64,000 nt of DNA from the NCBI RefSeq assembly GCF_016026235.1, contig NZ_CP065613.1, one strand, 5' to 3'. Position 1 is the stretch's first letter, and each line of letters starts with the position of its first letter. Shown one piece after another: positions 1 through 17,092 of this stretch. The stretch comes from Escherichia coli. Lineage in GTDB: Bacteria > Pseudomonadota > Gammaproteobacteria > Enterobacterales > Enterobacteriaceae. A program made the translations under genes and the position numbers. The notes under the pieces were generated by a model. The model had not been told where the DNA came from. It made no database searches and saw nothing but the letters and a program-made list of their open reading frames with translations.

Positions 1-5564
<5,564 letters not shown>

Positions 5565-5676
5565 TGCCACATTCCTTGTGTATAGCCAGCCATTTTTTAC
5601 GGGCACAGCCAAACTTTACCGTGCCCTAATACGACAAAAGCCCAGACTTTGCAGCCTGGACTTTTCAATTCAAACA

Positions 5677-5692
5677 AGGGAGATAGCTCCCT
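5677..5692 (-). terminator. candidate hairpin downstream of gyrA
   Basis: Inverted repeat agggag/ctccct with 4-nt loop; on the minus strand it is followed by ttgtttg. Weak U-tract. Confidence 0.35.
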
Positions 5693-5712
5693 TTTGGCAT
5701 GAAGAAGTAAAA

Positions 5713-8340
5713 TTATTCTTCTTCTGGCTCGTCGTCAACGTCCACTTCCGGAGCGATTTCATCGTCCCCTTCCGCGGCACTGCCATCGATGGTATCCAGA
5801 TCTTCCTCGTCAACCGGTTCAGCAACACGTTGCAGACCCACTACGTTTTCATCTTCCGCAGTACGGATGAGGATCACGCCCTGGGTGTTACGGCCTACGA
5901 TGCTGATTTCCGAAACGCGAGTACGTACCAGCGTACCGGCATCGGTGATCATCATGATCTGGTCGCAGTCATCTACCTGTACCGCGCCAACAACTAAACC
6001 GTTACGTTCGGTAACCTTGATGGAGATAACCCCTTTCGTCGCACGCGACTTGGTTGGGTATTCCGCCACTGCGGTACGTTTACCGTAACCGTTTTGCGTT
6101 GCGGTGAGGATTGCGCCATCGCCACGAGGCACGATCAGAGAGACGACTTTATCGCCTTCACCTAAGCGAATACCGCGAACACCGGTGGTGTTGCAGCCCA
6201 TCGCACGGACAGAAGACTCTTTAAAGCGCACCACTTTACCTTCAGCGGAGAACAGCATTACTTCGTCTTCGCCGCTGGTCAGGTCAACGCCGATCAGCTC
6301 ATCGCCGTCAACCAGTTTGATCGCCACTTTACCGGCGGTACGCAGACGGTTGAACTCGGTGAGGACAGTTTTCTTCACGGTACCGTTAGCGGTCGCCATG
6401 AAGACTTTCACGCCTTCTTCAAACTCGGTCACGGGCAGGATCGCAGTGATACGTTCGTCCTGCTCCAGCGGCAGCAGGTTGACGATCGGACGACCGCGCG
6501 CGCCACGAGTGGCTTCCGGCAACTGATAAACTTTCATCGAATAGACGCGACCACGGCTGGAGAAGCACAGAATATGGTCGTGAGTGTTCGCCACCAGCAG
6601 TCGGTCGATAAAGTCTTCTTCTTTAATACGTGCGGCAGATTTACCTTTCCCGCCACGACGCTGCGCTTCGTATTCAGAAAGCGGCTGATACTTAACGTAG
6701 CCCTGGTGAGAGAGCGTCACTACCACATCTTCCTGAGTGATCAGATCTTCCAGGTTGATGTCTGCGCTGTTGGCGGTGATTTCAGTACGACGTTTGTCAC
6801 CGAACTGTTCACGAACCAGCTCCAGCTCTTCACGGATCACTTCCATCAAACGATCGGCGCTACCAAGAATACGCAACAGTTCCGCGATCTGATCCAGCAG
6901 CTCTTTGTATTCGTCGAGCAGTTTTTCGTGCTCAAGGCCGGTCAGTTTCTGCAAACGCAGATCCAGAATCGCCTGAGCTTGCTGTTCGGTCAGGTAGTAC
7001 AGACCATCACGCACGCCGAACTCTGGCTCCAGCCATTCCGGACGCGCAGCATCGTCGCCAGCACGTTCGAGCATCGCGGCAACGTTGCCCAGCTGCCACG
7101 GATTAGCAACCAGCGCAGTTTTCGCTTCTGCAGGCGTCGGCGCATGACGGATCAGTTCGATGATCGGGTCGATGTTCGCCAGCGCCACGGCTAATGCTTC
7201 AAGGATATGAGCACGATCGCGAGCTTTACGCAGTTCGAAAATAGTACGACGGGTCACCACTTCACGGCGGTGACGAACAAACGCCGCGATGATGTCTTTC
7301 AGGTTCATGATCTTCGGCTGACCATGGTGCAATGCCACCATGTTGATACCGAAAGAAACCTGCAACTGGGTCTGGGAGTAGAGGTTGTTGAGCACAACTT
7401 CACCGACCGCATCGCGTTTCACTTCAATCACGATGCGCATACCGTCTTTGTCAGACTCGTCACGCAGCGCGCTGATGCCTTCCACGCGTTTTTCTTTTAC
7501 CAGTTCCGCAATCTTCTCGATCAGGCGCGCTTTGTTTACCTGATACGGAATTTCGTGGACGATAATGGTTTCACGACCGGTTTTGGCGTCAACTTCCACT
7601 TCTGCGCGAGCGCGGATATACACCTTGCCGCGACCGGTACGGTAAGCTTCTTCAATACCGCGACGACCGTTAATGATTGCCGCCGTCGGGAAGTCCGGCC
7701 CCGGGATGTGTTCCATCAGCCCTTCAATGCTGATGTCTTCATCATCGATATACGCCAGACAACCGTTGATGACTTCCGTCAGGTTGTGCGGCGGGATGTT
7801 GGTTGCCATACCTACGGCGATACCGGAAGAACCGTTCACCAGCAGGTTAGGAATTTTGGTTGGCATGACGTCGGGAATTTTTTCCGTGCCGTCATAGTTA
7901 TCAACAAAATCGACCGTCTCTTTTTCGAGATCGGCCATCAGTTCATGGGCAATTTTCGCCAGACGGATTTCCGTATAACGCATTGCCGCCGCAGAGTCGC
8001 CGTCGATGGAACCGAAGTTACCCTGACCGTCTACCAGCATGTAACGCAGCGAGAATGGCTGCGCCATACGGACGATCGTGTCATAAACCGCCGAGTCACC
8101 ATGGGGATGGTATTTACCGATTACGTCACCAACGACACGGGCAGATTTTTTATAGGCTTTGTTCCAGTCATTGCCTAGTACGTTCATGGCGTAAAGTACG
8201 CGACGGTGTACCGGCTTCAGGCCATCTCGGACATCTGGCAGCGCACGGCCAACAATGACCGACATCGCATAATCCAGATAGGAGCTCTTCAGCTCTTCCT
8301 CAATGTTGACCGGTGTAATTTCTCTCGCAAGGTCGCTCAT
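5713..8340 (-). CDS. gyrA: DNA gyrase subunit A
   Basis: 875-aa [56 protein letters not shown]...; acidic C-terminal tail; quinolone-resistance region reads [10 protein letters not shown] (Ser83 and Asp87 wild type). Confidence 0.98.
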
Positions 8341-8486
8341 CTAACCGCTATCCCTCTACTGTATCCCGGATTCAAAGGTCGCAAATTATAACACAGCCGC
8401 GCAGTTTGAGGTAAACCTATACGCTTTATTCACATCCAATGCCTGATATACTCGTTTGTCTTGCCAATTACGGAGTAGAAGTGCCA

Positions 8487-9209
8487 ATGAATGCCGAAAA
8501 ATCGCCGGTAAACCATAACGTAGACCACGAAGAGATCGCTAAATTTGAAGCCGTCGCCTCCCGCTGGTGGGATCTGGAAGGTGAGTTCAAACCGCTGCAC
8601 CGCATTAACCCGCTGCGTCTGGGCTATATTGCCGAGCGTGCTGGCGGTTTATTTGGCAAAAAGGTGCTCGATGTCGGTTGTGGCGGCGGCATTCTGGCCG
8701 AGAGTATGGCGCGCGAAGGCGCGACGGTGACCGGTCTGGATATGGGCTTTGAGCCATTGCAGGTGGCAAAACTGCACGCACTGGAAAGCGGCATTCAGGT
8801 GGATTACGTGCAGGAAACCGTGGAAGAGCACGCGGCAAAACATGCCGGGCAGTATGATGTGGTGACCTGCATGGAGATGCTGGAGCACGTCCCCGATCCG
8901 CAGTCAGTGGTCAGAGCCTGTGCGCAACTGGTGAAACCGGGCGGCGATGTCTTTTTCTCGACACTTAACCGCAACGGCAAGTCATGGCTGATGGCGGTGG
9001 TTGGTGCGGAATATATTTTGCGCATGGTGCCCAAAGGCACGCATGATGTGAAAAAGTTTATTAAACCGGCAGAATTGCTGGGCTGGGTGGATCAGACCAG
9101 TTTAAAAGAGCGGCATATCACTGGGCTGCATTACAACCCGATCACTAATACTTTTAAACTCGGCCCCGGCGTGGATGTGAACTATATGCTGCACACGCAG
9201 AATAAGTGA
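8487..9209 (+). CDS. ubiG: ubiquinone biosynthesis O-methyltransferase
   Basis: Track ORF 8439..9209; start moved to internal Met ([34 protein letters not shown]...); SAM-binding motif [13 protein letters not shown]. Confidence 0.93.
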
Positions 9210-9214
9210 GGTTG

Positions 9215-9349
<135 letters not shown>

Positions 9350-9350
<1 letters not shown>

Positions 9351-12300
9351 TACCATTTCACCGTCATCGACAAAAACCCTGCCGTCTGGGCAAAATCATC
9401 ACTCCCTTTCTGCCACGCCACGCTGCCGCGCAGGGACACTCGCTGACTGATATTGCCCGTGACTCCCACTTTTATTTCACCCCGTCGCTTCACCGCATCG
9501 TCACTGATAGTGCTGCCATCTTCTTCAATTTCCGTCGCATGGGGATCGTGATAATAATTCAGATCTAATGTTGGTGTGACACCAACCGCGGTACGCCATT
9601 CGCTGTGTAAACCCAGCCGCGTCTGAATATCATCCCCCTGCGATTGTGACACGCGCGCATGGTTAGCGGCGGTAAAATCATCCTGCTGCACGCCCTGATA
9701 AATCACCTGCGCCTGCGGTTCAATCACCACACCACGCCCCGGTAACCACTGATACCCGGCTTCCAGCGAGGCGATAATCCCCGACGAGTGGTAATGATCT
9801 GTGCCATCGTCTTGTTCGGAAACATCATTGTTAAACCACGCGTATTGCAGCCAGCTATCCAGCCAGGCCCCCTGCTTCTGATTACCGTGCTGATACCAGC
9901 TTGAGGTCAGCCCAACGGCATAACCGTGGTTCTGGTTATCGGCGCGAGTTCCGGTCATACTCGAGCGGCTGTCGCCCTGGTTATCGCTGTAGCCACCTAC
10001 AATCCCAAGCATCCACTCGCCATCATCGCCCCAGCGCCCGCTAAACAGGTCACCGCTAAGCTGCACCGTAGAAGTGTCTTCCTGCTGAGCCAGTTGCCCT
10101 GCCGCCGTGTAATGATAACGTCCGCCGATAACACGTAAATTCAGCGTCTGACCATCGCCACCAGCGTGATCGCGTCGCTCCATCATAAACGCCTGATTTG
10201 CCGCCCGCAGGTTATTGAGATAACCGCCAACTTTGGCATTCAGCACCGGCTGGTAAGCAGGCGTAGGGGCCGGGTCGGGGGTTGGGTCAGGATCCGGCGT
10301 GGGATCAGGATCGGGAGTCGGGTCTGGCTCAGGTGGCGATGGCGGCGTTACTTCTTGCGATCGCAGATACCAGTCGTTGTTATCTTCCACTAGCGTGTAG
10401 TCATACGCTCCCATGTTGACGTAGCCACTGCCAGCCAGACTGAACTGTGCATTGTTTTGAAACTGCGTGGGATCAGCTGCGAAATCAACCACTTTAATGC
10501 CTGTCGATGTCGGCTCACCAATCCCTGTAATGGAGTTAACCACCACAGTTGTGTTGCCAGCAGTATTACCGTTCATCACCAATTGATCGCTTACCGAGTC
10601 ATCGCCGTTTAATTCGCTGTCGAACAGTAGCGTACCGCCGCCGGTATAATCACCGTTTACCGTCAGCGTATCGCCAGCGACGCCATTTTGCAGGCTAACC
10701 GCACCGGACGTATTGGTCAGATCACCATTAACCGTCACGTCAGCAAGATAGGTCAGGCTGTCAGTTTCAAGGTTGGTATTAAGCTCGCCTGTCAACGTCA
10801 CGCCATCGGTAGCATTTACCAGCGTCCCATCGCCGTTAAATAGTGAGGCATTAAGGGCGGCGGAAGTATCCTGCCCGGTCAGACGCAAAACCGTGCCATC
10901 GCTGATGTCGATAGTGCCGCTGGAAGTAGCATCAATTGACTGAATATCCTGATCCGCGCCAGTAACGAACGTTGCCCCATCACCAACCCACAGTGACGAA
11001 GCATAAGGAAAGATATCCGCAACATCGCCTTTCAGGGTGCCTTCTTCGACACGTACCGCCGACTGCGTTGTACCGCTGGCGGTCAGCTCCAGCGTACCCG
11101 CCCCCGTTTTAGTAAATGTGCTACCCTCATCCTGATGCTGCCCGCTGCTGTCAGCCATCAGTGCGCCCCACTGCGTGTCTACCCCCGCATCAACTGCCAC
11201 TTCACCGTCGGCGCGCATTTCAATATCACGCCCATGCTCAGTCGGCGTAGAGCGAGTATCGACATTGGCAGTAATCTCCATCACGCTTTCTTGTTGCTTA
11301 TCGGTAAAGATAACCTGGCGGTTATAGTGGGTATCTCCAAGCTGCGAGTTGTCGCTCACCATCAGCGTACCGGAGGCGATTTGTGTTGTGCCCAAATAAC
11401 TATTATTGTTTGCCAGACTTACCTGCCCGTCGCTCGCATCGACCACCACGTAGACGCCATCTTTCCCGTCGCCGCCGATATGCAAATTGTCGCCACCTGC
11501 AAGATCTACCACATCCTGACTGCCGATAACCGTTCCGCTGCTGCCACTGACTTCAAGGCCATCATTGTATGATGTGCCGCTCTGCCAGGTGGAGAAATCA
11601 GAGAGATCGAGCATACCGCCGTTTAACACGATCGACTGCGGATCGTCCTGGAGAGCGGCAAGATCTGCCGCGTCGCCTTCCAGCGAAAGCACCGCACCAG
11701 CATCCACCACTATATCGCCGGTCAGCGCCATCGACTGCGCCCCCGCCAGCACATAGCTGCCGTTTTGCGCAATGGTGAGCTGACCAGCACCTTCGATGGT
11801 GCCAGCAAAACTGCCTTGATTAACAGTAACATTGCCACCAGCATCGATATTTAAAGTGCCATTCTGAAAGCCCGTCAATGAGTGCACAAAGGTTTGTTGG
11901 GTGGAGCCAACATTTAGCTCTGCCTGATTCTGGTACTTATCAATACTCCCTATCGTCAGACCGTAGCAGTCTTGCGGATCGTCCTGGCAATGAGTATCGC
12001 CGACATTCATCAGGGAGTTGCTGCGGCCCAAGGTAACTTCACCGTTTTCAATCTGCATCTCACCAGTAAAGTCATTGTTATCTGCATTAAGTACCAGATC
12101 GCCGGAACCTGTTTTGGTGATTAACCCAGTACCAGCAATAGAGTCAACAGCTCCGTCATTCTCTGTATTGCCAATAACCAGCGTTTTTCCGTCGGCAATA
12201 TCAAAGGTAACTTCACTTAAGCCGAGATACATAAAGCCACCCGCCGCAGAGGAAGGACCATCTCCATAGCCTGCTGCGCTATTGTTCTCATCGACTAACA

Positions 12301-13102
12301 CGCCTCCGTTCTGGCTGTAGTTGTCATCAACAGAAATATCAATAAGATAGGGAGCCGTCGCGCTATTGGTATATATCGCCCCGCCATAACCTTCGGCAGT
12401 GTTATTTGTAAAGGCAGTGTTATTTATTATCATATAACCTGAAGGATGCTTGCTGTCGCTATTATTATCTGTGACATCGATTGCGCCGCCATCGCCATCA
12501 CTGTAATTTGTTGATGTATATGCCTGGTTATTGTTAAAAACATCATCACTTAAATAGATATCATTATTGATGGTATAAATTGCACCACCTTTGCCGTCAT
12601 TAGCGATGTTATTGCGAAACACGGCGTTAGTGACACGTAAATCGATGGCACCGGTATCGTTAGTACCAGAAGAATAGATTGCGCCACCATAGCCGCCTGC
12701 GACGTTACCAGAAAAAATAACATCCGTAAGATTCAGCGTTGAGTTTTCTTTAGCAAATATTGCCCCGCCGTTATTATATTCTCCTGAAACGGTGTTATTG
12801 GCAAACAGAGTCATTCCAGTTTCATTTTCTGGTGATAATGTAAATTCCGCTCCTTGTTGCAAAAATACGGCCCCACCGCTGGCATTATTGGTCATATCCG
12901 AAAAAACCAGCCATTGCCCATCGGCGATACTCCAGACCTGCGTAATGCCTGAAAGGCTTTGCCTGCTGGCGTGACAACTCGCTTTGATATCATATCCCTG
13001 GCATAAATCAATGGCCGCCGCGACACCGTTAGCAGAGAAAAGAGATGCAATCATTGACGGGAGTAGAGATAAATACTCCTTGCGTAGAAAGATAATCCGC
13101 AT
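9350..13102 (-). CDS. yfaL: AIDA-I type autotransporter adhesin YfaL
   Basis: 1250-aa ORF with a passenger domain of repeated GGAIY/GNT motifs, a Pro-Thr-Asp linker and a C-terminal beta-barrel ending in W. Confidence 0.93.
10264..10345 (-). repeat. tandem PT/PD-encoding repeat inside yfaL
   Basis: DNA gggtcgggggttgggtcaggatccggcgtgggatcaggatcgggagtcgggtctgg... encodes PPSPPEPDPTPDPDPTPDPDPTPDPAPTP. Confidence 0.7.
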
Positions 13103-13149
13103 ATTAATCTGACCATCATTTTATATAAGACGGCGGTAATGACTCCAAC

Positions 13150-13653
13150 TTACTGATAGTGTTTTATGTTCAGATAATGCCCGATGACCTTGTCATGCAG
13201 CTCCACCGATTTTGAGAACGACAGTGACTTCCGTCCCAGCCTTGCCAGATGTTGTCTCAGATTCAGATTATGTCGCTCAATGCGCTGAGTGTAACGCTTG
13301 CTGATAACGTGCAGCTTTCCCTTCAGGCGTGATTCATACAGCGGCCAGCCATCCGTCATCCATACCACGACCTCAAAGGCCGACAGCAGGCTCAGAAGAC
13401 GCTCCAGTGTGGCCAGAGTGCGTTCACCGAAGACGTGCGCCACAACCGTCCTCCGTATCCTGTCATACGCGTAAAACAGCCAGCGCTGACGTGATTTAGC
13501 ACCGACGTAGCCCCACTGTTCGTCCATTTCAGCGCAGACAATCACATCACTGCCCGGTTGTATGCGCGAGGTTACCGACTGCGGCCTGAGTTTTTTAAGT
13601 GACGTAAAACCGTGTTGAGGCCAACGCCCATAATGCGTGCACTGGCGCGACAT
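13150..13653 (-). CDS. insB: IS1 InsB frame (expressed as InsAB' transposase by -1 frameshift)
   Basis: 167-aa ORF ...[58 protein letters not shown]...; overlaps insA in the -1 frame. Confidence 0.9.
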   Translation of the reverse strand: MSRQCTHYGRWPQHGFTSLKKLRPQSVTSRIQPGSDVIVCAEMDEQWGYVGAKSRQRWLFYAYDRIRRTVVAHVFGERTLATLERLLSLLSAFEVVVWMTDGWPLYESRLKGKLHVISKRYTQRIERHNLNLRQHLARLGRKSLSFSKSVELHDKVIGHYLNIKHYQ

Positions 13654-13847
13654 CCGACGCCATTCATGGCCATATCAATGATTTTCTGGTGCGTACCGGG
13701 CTGAGAGGCGGTGTAAGTGAACTGTAGTTGCCATGTTTTACGGCAATGAGAGCAGAGATAGCGCTGATGTCCGGCAGTGCTTTTGCCGTTACGCACCACG
13801 CCTTCAGTAGCGGAGCAGGAAGGACATCTGATGGAAATGGAAGCCAC
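13572..13847 (-). CDS. insA: IS1 protein InsA
   Basis: 91 aa [43 protein letters not shown]...; zinc-finger CxxC..CxxC; differs at several residues from the K-12 IS1 InsA as I recall it; A6C slippery site ttaaaaaac (13588-13596, minus strand) near its 3' end. Confidence 0.93.
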   Translation of the reverse strand: MASISIRCPSCSATEGVVRNGKSTAGHQRYLCSHCRKTWQLQFTYTASQPGTHQKIIDMAMNGVGCRASARIMGVGLNTVLRHLKNSGRSR

Positions 13848-14412
13848 GCAAGCACCTTAAAATCACCATCATACACTAAATCAGTAAGTTGGCAGCATTA
13901 CCTAAGACGGCATATTTAAACGCATTATACAATATGGGTTATCTTTCTTTTGTAAATTGTCCAACCCGATACAATAGCTATTTTGTTATTATTTGATGAA
14001 TAGTATCAGTGCGTCATAATTCAAGTTAATAACCTTAAGGGATATCAGTTATATTTAAACTAAATTAAAGTAATGAATAATTTTCTTATAATATAAGCTA
14101 AATTAACAAAATGGCTTCGCATTTAACAATAACCGAATAGAAAACAACCATTTCGACATCAACAATCGCTTACATTCGCTTATATATTGACCACAACTGA
14201 TACATCAGATTATGTGATGACTCGTGCTTAGATCAATTTTTGCAATCATTAGCAAAAAGATTAATAAACCATCTATATCAATTTATCCAACCTATTCTGC
14301 CGTTCAAGAAATCGCCGAACAGTTATTTTTAACAAATTTTTCTCTTCCCATTGACTTTCCCGGACACCTTGTCTGACCTAAGGTGCGCGAAAGCCACTTT
14401 TTCCTTCCTGAG

Positions 14413-14421
14413 TTATCCACA
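14413..14421 (+). promoter_or_regulatory. DnaA box (TTATCCACA) upstream of nrdA
   Basis: Exact match to the DnaA box consensus TTATNCACA about 155 bp upstream of the nrdA ATG. Confidence 0.6.
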
Positions 14422-14450
14422 AAGTTATGCACTTGCAAGAGGGCCATTTT

Positions 14451-14498
14451 CACACTATCTTGCAGTGAATCCCAAACATACCCCCTATATATAGTGTT
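14451..14498 (+). promoter_or_regulatory. nrdA promoter region with two NrdR-box-like palindromes
   Basis: cacactatcttgcagtg and ccctatatatagtgtt, centres about 31 bp apart, overlapping a TATA-rich -10 region. Confidence 0.5.
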
Positions 14499-14574
14499 CT
14501 AAGCAGCTTCCCGTACTACAGGTAGTCTGCATGAAACTATTGCGGAAAGAATTCCAAAAACAGGTACGACATAC

Positions 14575-16860
14575 ATGAATCAGAATCTGCTGGTGACAAA
14601 GCGCGACGGTAGCACAGAGCGCATCAATCTCGACAAAATCCATCGCGTTCTGGATTGGGCGGCAGAAGGACTGCATAACGTTTCGATTTCCCAGGTCGAG
14701 CTGCGCTCCCACATTCAGTTTTATGACGGTATCAAGACCTCTGACATCCACGAAACTATTATCAAGGCTGCCGCAGACCTGATCTCCCGTGATGCGCCGG
14801 ATTATCAGTATCTCGCCGCGCGCCTGACGATCTTCCACCTGCGTAAAAAAGCCTACGGCCAGTTTGAGCCGCCTGCGCTGTACGACCACGTGGTGAAAAT
14901 GGTCGAGATGGGCAAATACGATAATCATCTGCTGGAAGACTACACGGAAGAAGAGTTCAAGCAGATGGACACGTTTATCGATCACGACCGTGATATGACC
15001 TTCTCTTATGCTGCCGTTAAGCAACTGGAAGGCAAATATCTGGTACAGAACCGCGTGACCGGCGAAATCTACGAAAGCGCCCAGTTCCTTTATATTCTGG
15101 TTGCCGCGTGCCTGTTCTCGAACTACCCGCGTGAAACGCGCCTGCAATATGTGAAGCGTTTTTACGACGCGGTTTCCACATTTAAAATTTCGCTGCCGAC
15201 GCCAATCATGTCCGGCGTGCGTACCCCGACTCGTCAGTTCAGCTCCTGCGTACTGATCGAGTGCGGCGACAGCCTGGATTCCATCAACGCCACCTCCAGC
15301 GCGATTGTGAAATATGTTTCCCAGCGTGCCGGGATCGGCATCAACGCCGGGCGTATTCGTGCGCTGGGTAGCCCGATTCGCGGTGGCGAAGCGTTCCATA
15401 CCGGCTGCATTCCGTTCTACAAACATTTCCAGACTGCGGTGAAATCCTGCTCTCAGGGCGGCGTGCGCGGCGGTGCGGCAACGCTGTTCTACCCGATGTG
15501 GCATCTGGAAGTGGAAAGCCTGCTGGTGTTGAAAAACAACCGTGGTGTGGAAGGCAACCGCGTGCGTCATATGGACTACGGGGTACAAATCAACAAACTG
15601 ATGTATACCCGTCTGCTGAAAGGTGAAGATATCACCCTGTTCAGCCCGTCCGACGTACCGGGGCTGTACGACGCATTCTTCGCCGATCAGGAAGAGTTTG
15701 AACGCCTGTATACCAAATATGAGAAAGACGACAGCATCCGCAAGCAGCGTGTGAAAGCCGTTGAGCTGTTCTCGCTGATGATGCAGGAACGTGCGTCTAC
15801 CGGTCGTATCTATATTCAGAACGTTGACCACTGCAATACCCATAGCCCGTTTGATCCGACCATCGCGCCAGTGCGTCAGTCTAACCTGTGCCTGGAGATA
15901 GCCCTGCCGACCAAACCGCTGAACGACGTCAACGACGAGAACGGTGAAATCGCGCTGTGTACGCTGTCTGCTTTCAACCTGGGCGCAATTAATAGCCTGG
16001 ATGAACTGGAAGAGCTGGCAATTCTGGCGGTTCGTGCACTTGACGCGCTGCTGGATTATCAGGATTACCCGATCCCGGCCGCCAAACGTGGAGCGATGGG
16101 TCGTCGTACGCTGGGTATTGGTGTGATCAACTTCGCTTACTACCTGGCGAAGCACGGTAAACGTTACTCCGACGGCAGCGCCAACAACCTGACGCATAAA
16201 ACCTTCGAAGCGATTCAGTATTACCTGCTGAAAGCGTCTAATGAGCTGGCGAAAGAGCAAGGCGCGTGCCCGTGGTTTAACGAAACCACTTACGCGAAAG
16301 GGATCCTGCCGATCGATACCTATAAGAAAGATCTGGATGCCATCGCTAATGAACCACTGCATTACGACTGGGAAGCACTGCGTGAGTCAATCAAAACGCA
16401 CGGTCTGCGTAACTCCACGCTTTCTGCCCTGATGCCGTCCGAGACTTCTTCACAGATCTCTAACGCCACTAACGGTATTGAACCGCCGCGCGGTTACGTC
16501 AGCATCAAAGCGTCGAAAGACGGTATTCTGCGCCAGGTAGTGCCGGACTACGAGCATCTGCACGACGCCTATGAGCTGCTGTGGGAAATGCCGGGTAACG
16601 ATGGCTACCTGCAACTGGTGGGTATCATGCAGAAATTTATCGATCAGTCGATCTCTGCTAACACCAACTACGATCCGTCACGCTTCCCGTCAGGAAAAGT
16701 GCCGATGCAGCAATTGCTGAAAGACCTGCTCACCGCCTACAAATTCGGGGTCAAAACGCTGTATTATCAGAACACCCGTGACGGCGCTGAAGACGCGCAG
16801 GACGATCTGGTGCCGTCAATCCAGGACGATGGCTGCGAAAGCGGCGCATGTAAGATCTGA
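14575..16860 (+). CDS. nrdA: class Ia ribonucleoside-diphosphate reductase alpha subunit
   Basis: 761-aa ORF MNQNLLVTKRDGSTERINLDKIHRVLDWAAEGL...; ATP-cone N-terminus; C-terminal ...DDGCESGACKI. Confidence 0.98.
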   Translation: MNQNLLVTKRDGSTERINLDKIHRVLDWAAEGLHNVSISQVELRSHIQFYDGIKTSDIHETIIKAAADLISRDAPDYQYLAARLTIFHLRKKAYGQFEPPALYDHVVKMVEMGKYDNHLLEDYTEEEFKQMDTFIDHDRDMTFSYAAVKQLEGKYLVQNRVTGEIYESAQFLYILVAACLFSNYPRETRLQYVKRFYDAVSTFKISLPTPIMSGVRTPTRQFSSCVLIECGDSLDSINATSSAIVKYVSQRAGIGINAGRIRALGSPIRGGEAFHTGCIPFYKHFQTAVKSCSQGGVRGGAATLFYPMWHLEVESLLVLKNNRGVEGNRVRHMDYGVQINKLMYTRLLKGEDITLFSPSDVPGLYDAFFADQEEFERLYTKYEKDDSIRKQRVKAVELFSLMMQERASTGRIYIQNVDHCNTHSPFDPTIAPVRQSNLCLEIALPTKPLNDVNDENGEIALCTLSAFNLGAINSLDELEELAILAVRALDALLDYQDYPIPAAKRGAMGRRTLGIGVINFAYYLAKHGKRYSDGSANNLTHKTFEAIQYYLLKASNELAKEQGACPWFNETTYAKGILPIDTYKKDLDAIANEPLHYDWEALRESIKTHGLRNSTLSALMPSETSSQISNATNGIEPPRGYVSIKASKDGILRQVVPDYEHLHDAYELLWEMPGNDGYLQLVGIMQKFIDQSISANTNYDPSRFPSGKVPMQQLLKDLLTAYKFGVKTLYYQNTRDGAEDAQDDLVPSIQDDGCESGACKI

Positions 16861-16868
16861 TATTGAGA

Positions 16869-17070
16869 TGCCGGATGCGGCGTAAACGCCTTATCAGGCC
16901 TACGGCTCGGTTTGTAGGCCTGATTAGACGCGCCAGCGTCGCATCAGGCTCCGGGTGCCGGATGCAGCGTGAACGCCTTATCCGGCCTACGGCTCGGTTT
17001 GTAGGCCTGATTAGACGCGCCAGCGTCGCATCAGGCACAGGATGCGGCGTAAAATGCCTTATCCGGCATT
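16869..17070. repeat. BIME/REP cluster between nrdA and nrdB
   Basis: Two near-identical ~80-bp units (...cttatc[a/c]ggcctacggctcggtttgtaggcctgattagacgcgccagcgtcgcatcaggc...) plus a third REP. Short ORFs called here in the track are repeat artefacts. Confidence 0.85.
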
Positions 17071-17092
17071 AAACTCCCAACAGGACACACTC

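Larger units (their letters stand above)
13135..13902 (-). mobile_element. IS1 insertion sequence (variant), 768 bp, flanked by 9-bp direct repeat TAAGACGGC
   Basis: Terminal inverted repeats ggtaatgactccaacttactgat (13135-) and atcagtaagttggcagcattacc (-13902). Identical 9-mers taagacggc at 13126-13134 and 13903-13911. Contains insA and insB. Confidence 0.95.

Noticed and set aside
8091-8105. gyrA quinolone-resistance-determining region checked for resistance substitutions
   Set aside because: The translation reads [10 protein letters not shown], so Ser83 and Asp87 are wild type and there is no resistance allele to report.
7207-8178. 323-aa plus-strand ORF with no stops, antisense to gyrA
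   Set aside because: The opposite strand encodes a full-length, unmistakable GyrA. The antisense frame is His/Arg/Val-rich low-complexity sequence typical of a stop-poor frame opposite a highly expressed gene.
13912-14574. AT-rich 660-bp non-coding stretch upstream of nrdA, considered as a horizontally acquired islet or small-RNA locus
   Set aside because: It holds a consensus DnaA box and NrdR-box-like palindromes at the expected positions for the nrdA control region. No ORF or terminator-bounded small transcript is evident.
14485-16362. 625-aa minus-strand ORF antisense to nrdA
   Set aside because: It is fully contained in nrdA, has no plausible ribosome-binding site, and has a biased Val/Gln/Arg/His composition. 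Treated as an antisense artefact.
16863-17072. Regularly repeated ~35-bp palindromes between nrdA and nrdB, considered as a possible CRISPR array
   Set aside because: The units are REP/BIME palindromes: inverted as well as direct, GC-rich, imperfectly spaced, with no unique spacers and no cas genes anywhere in the window.
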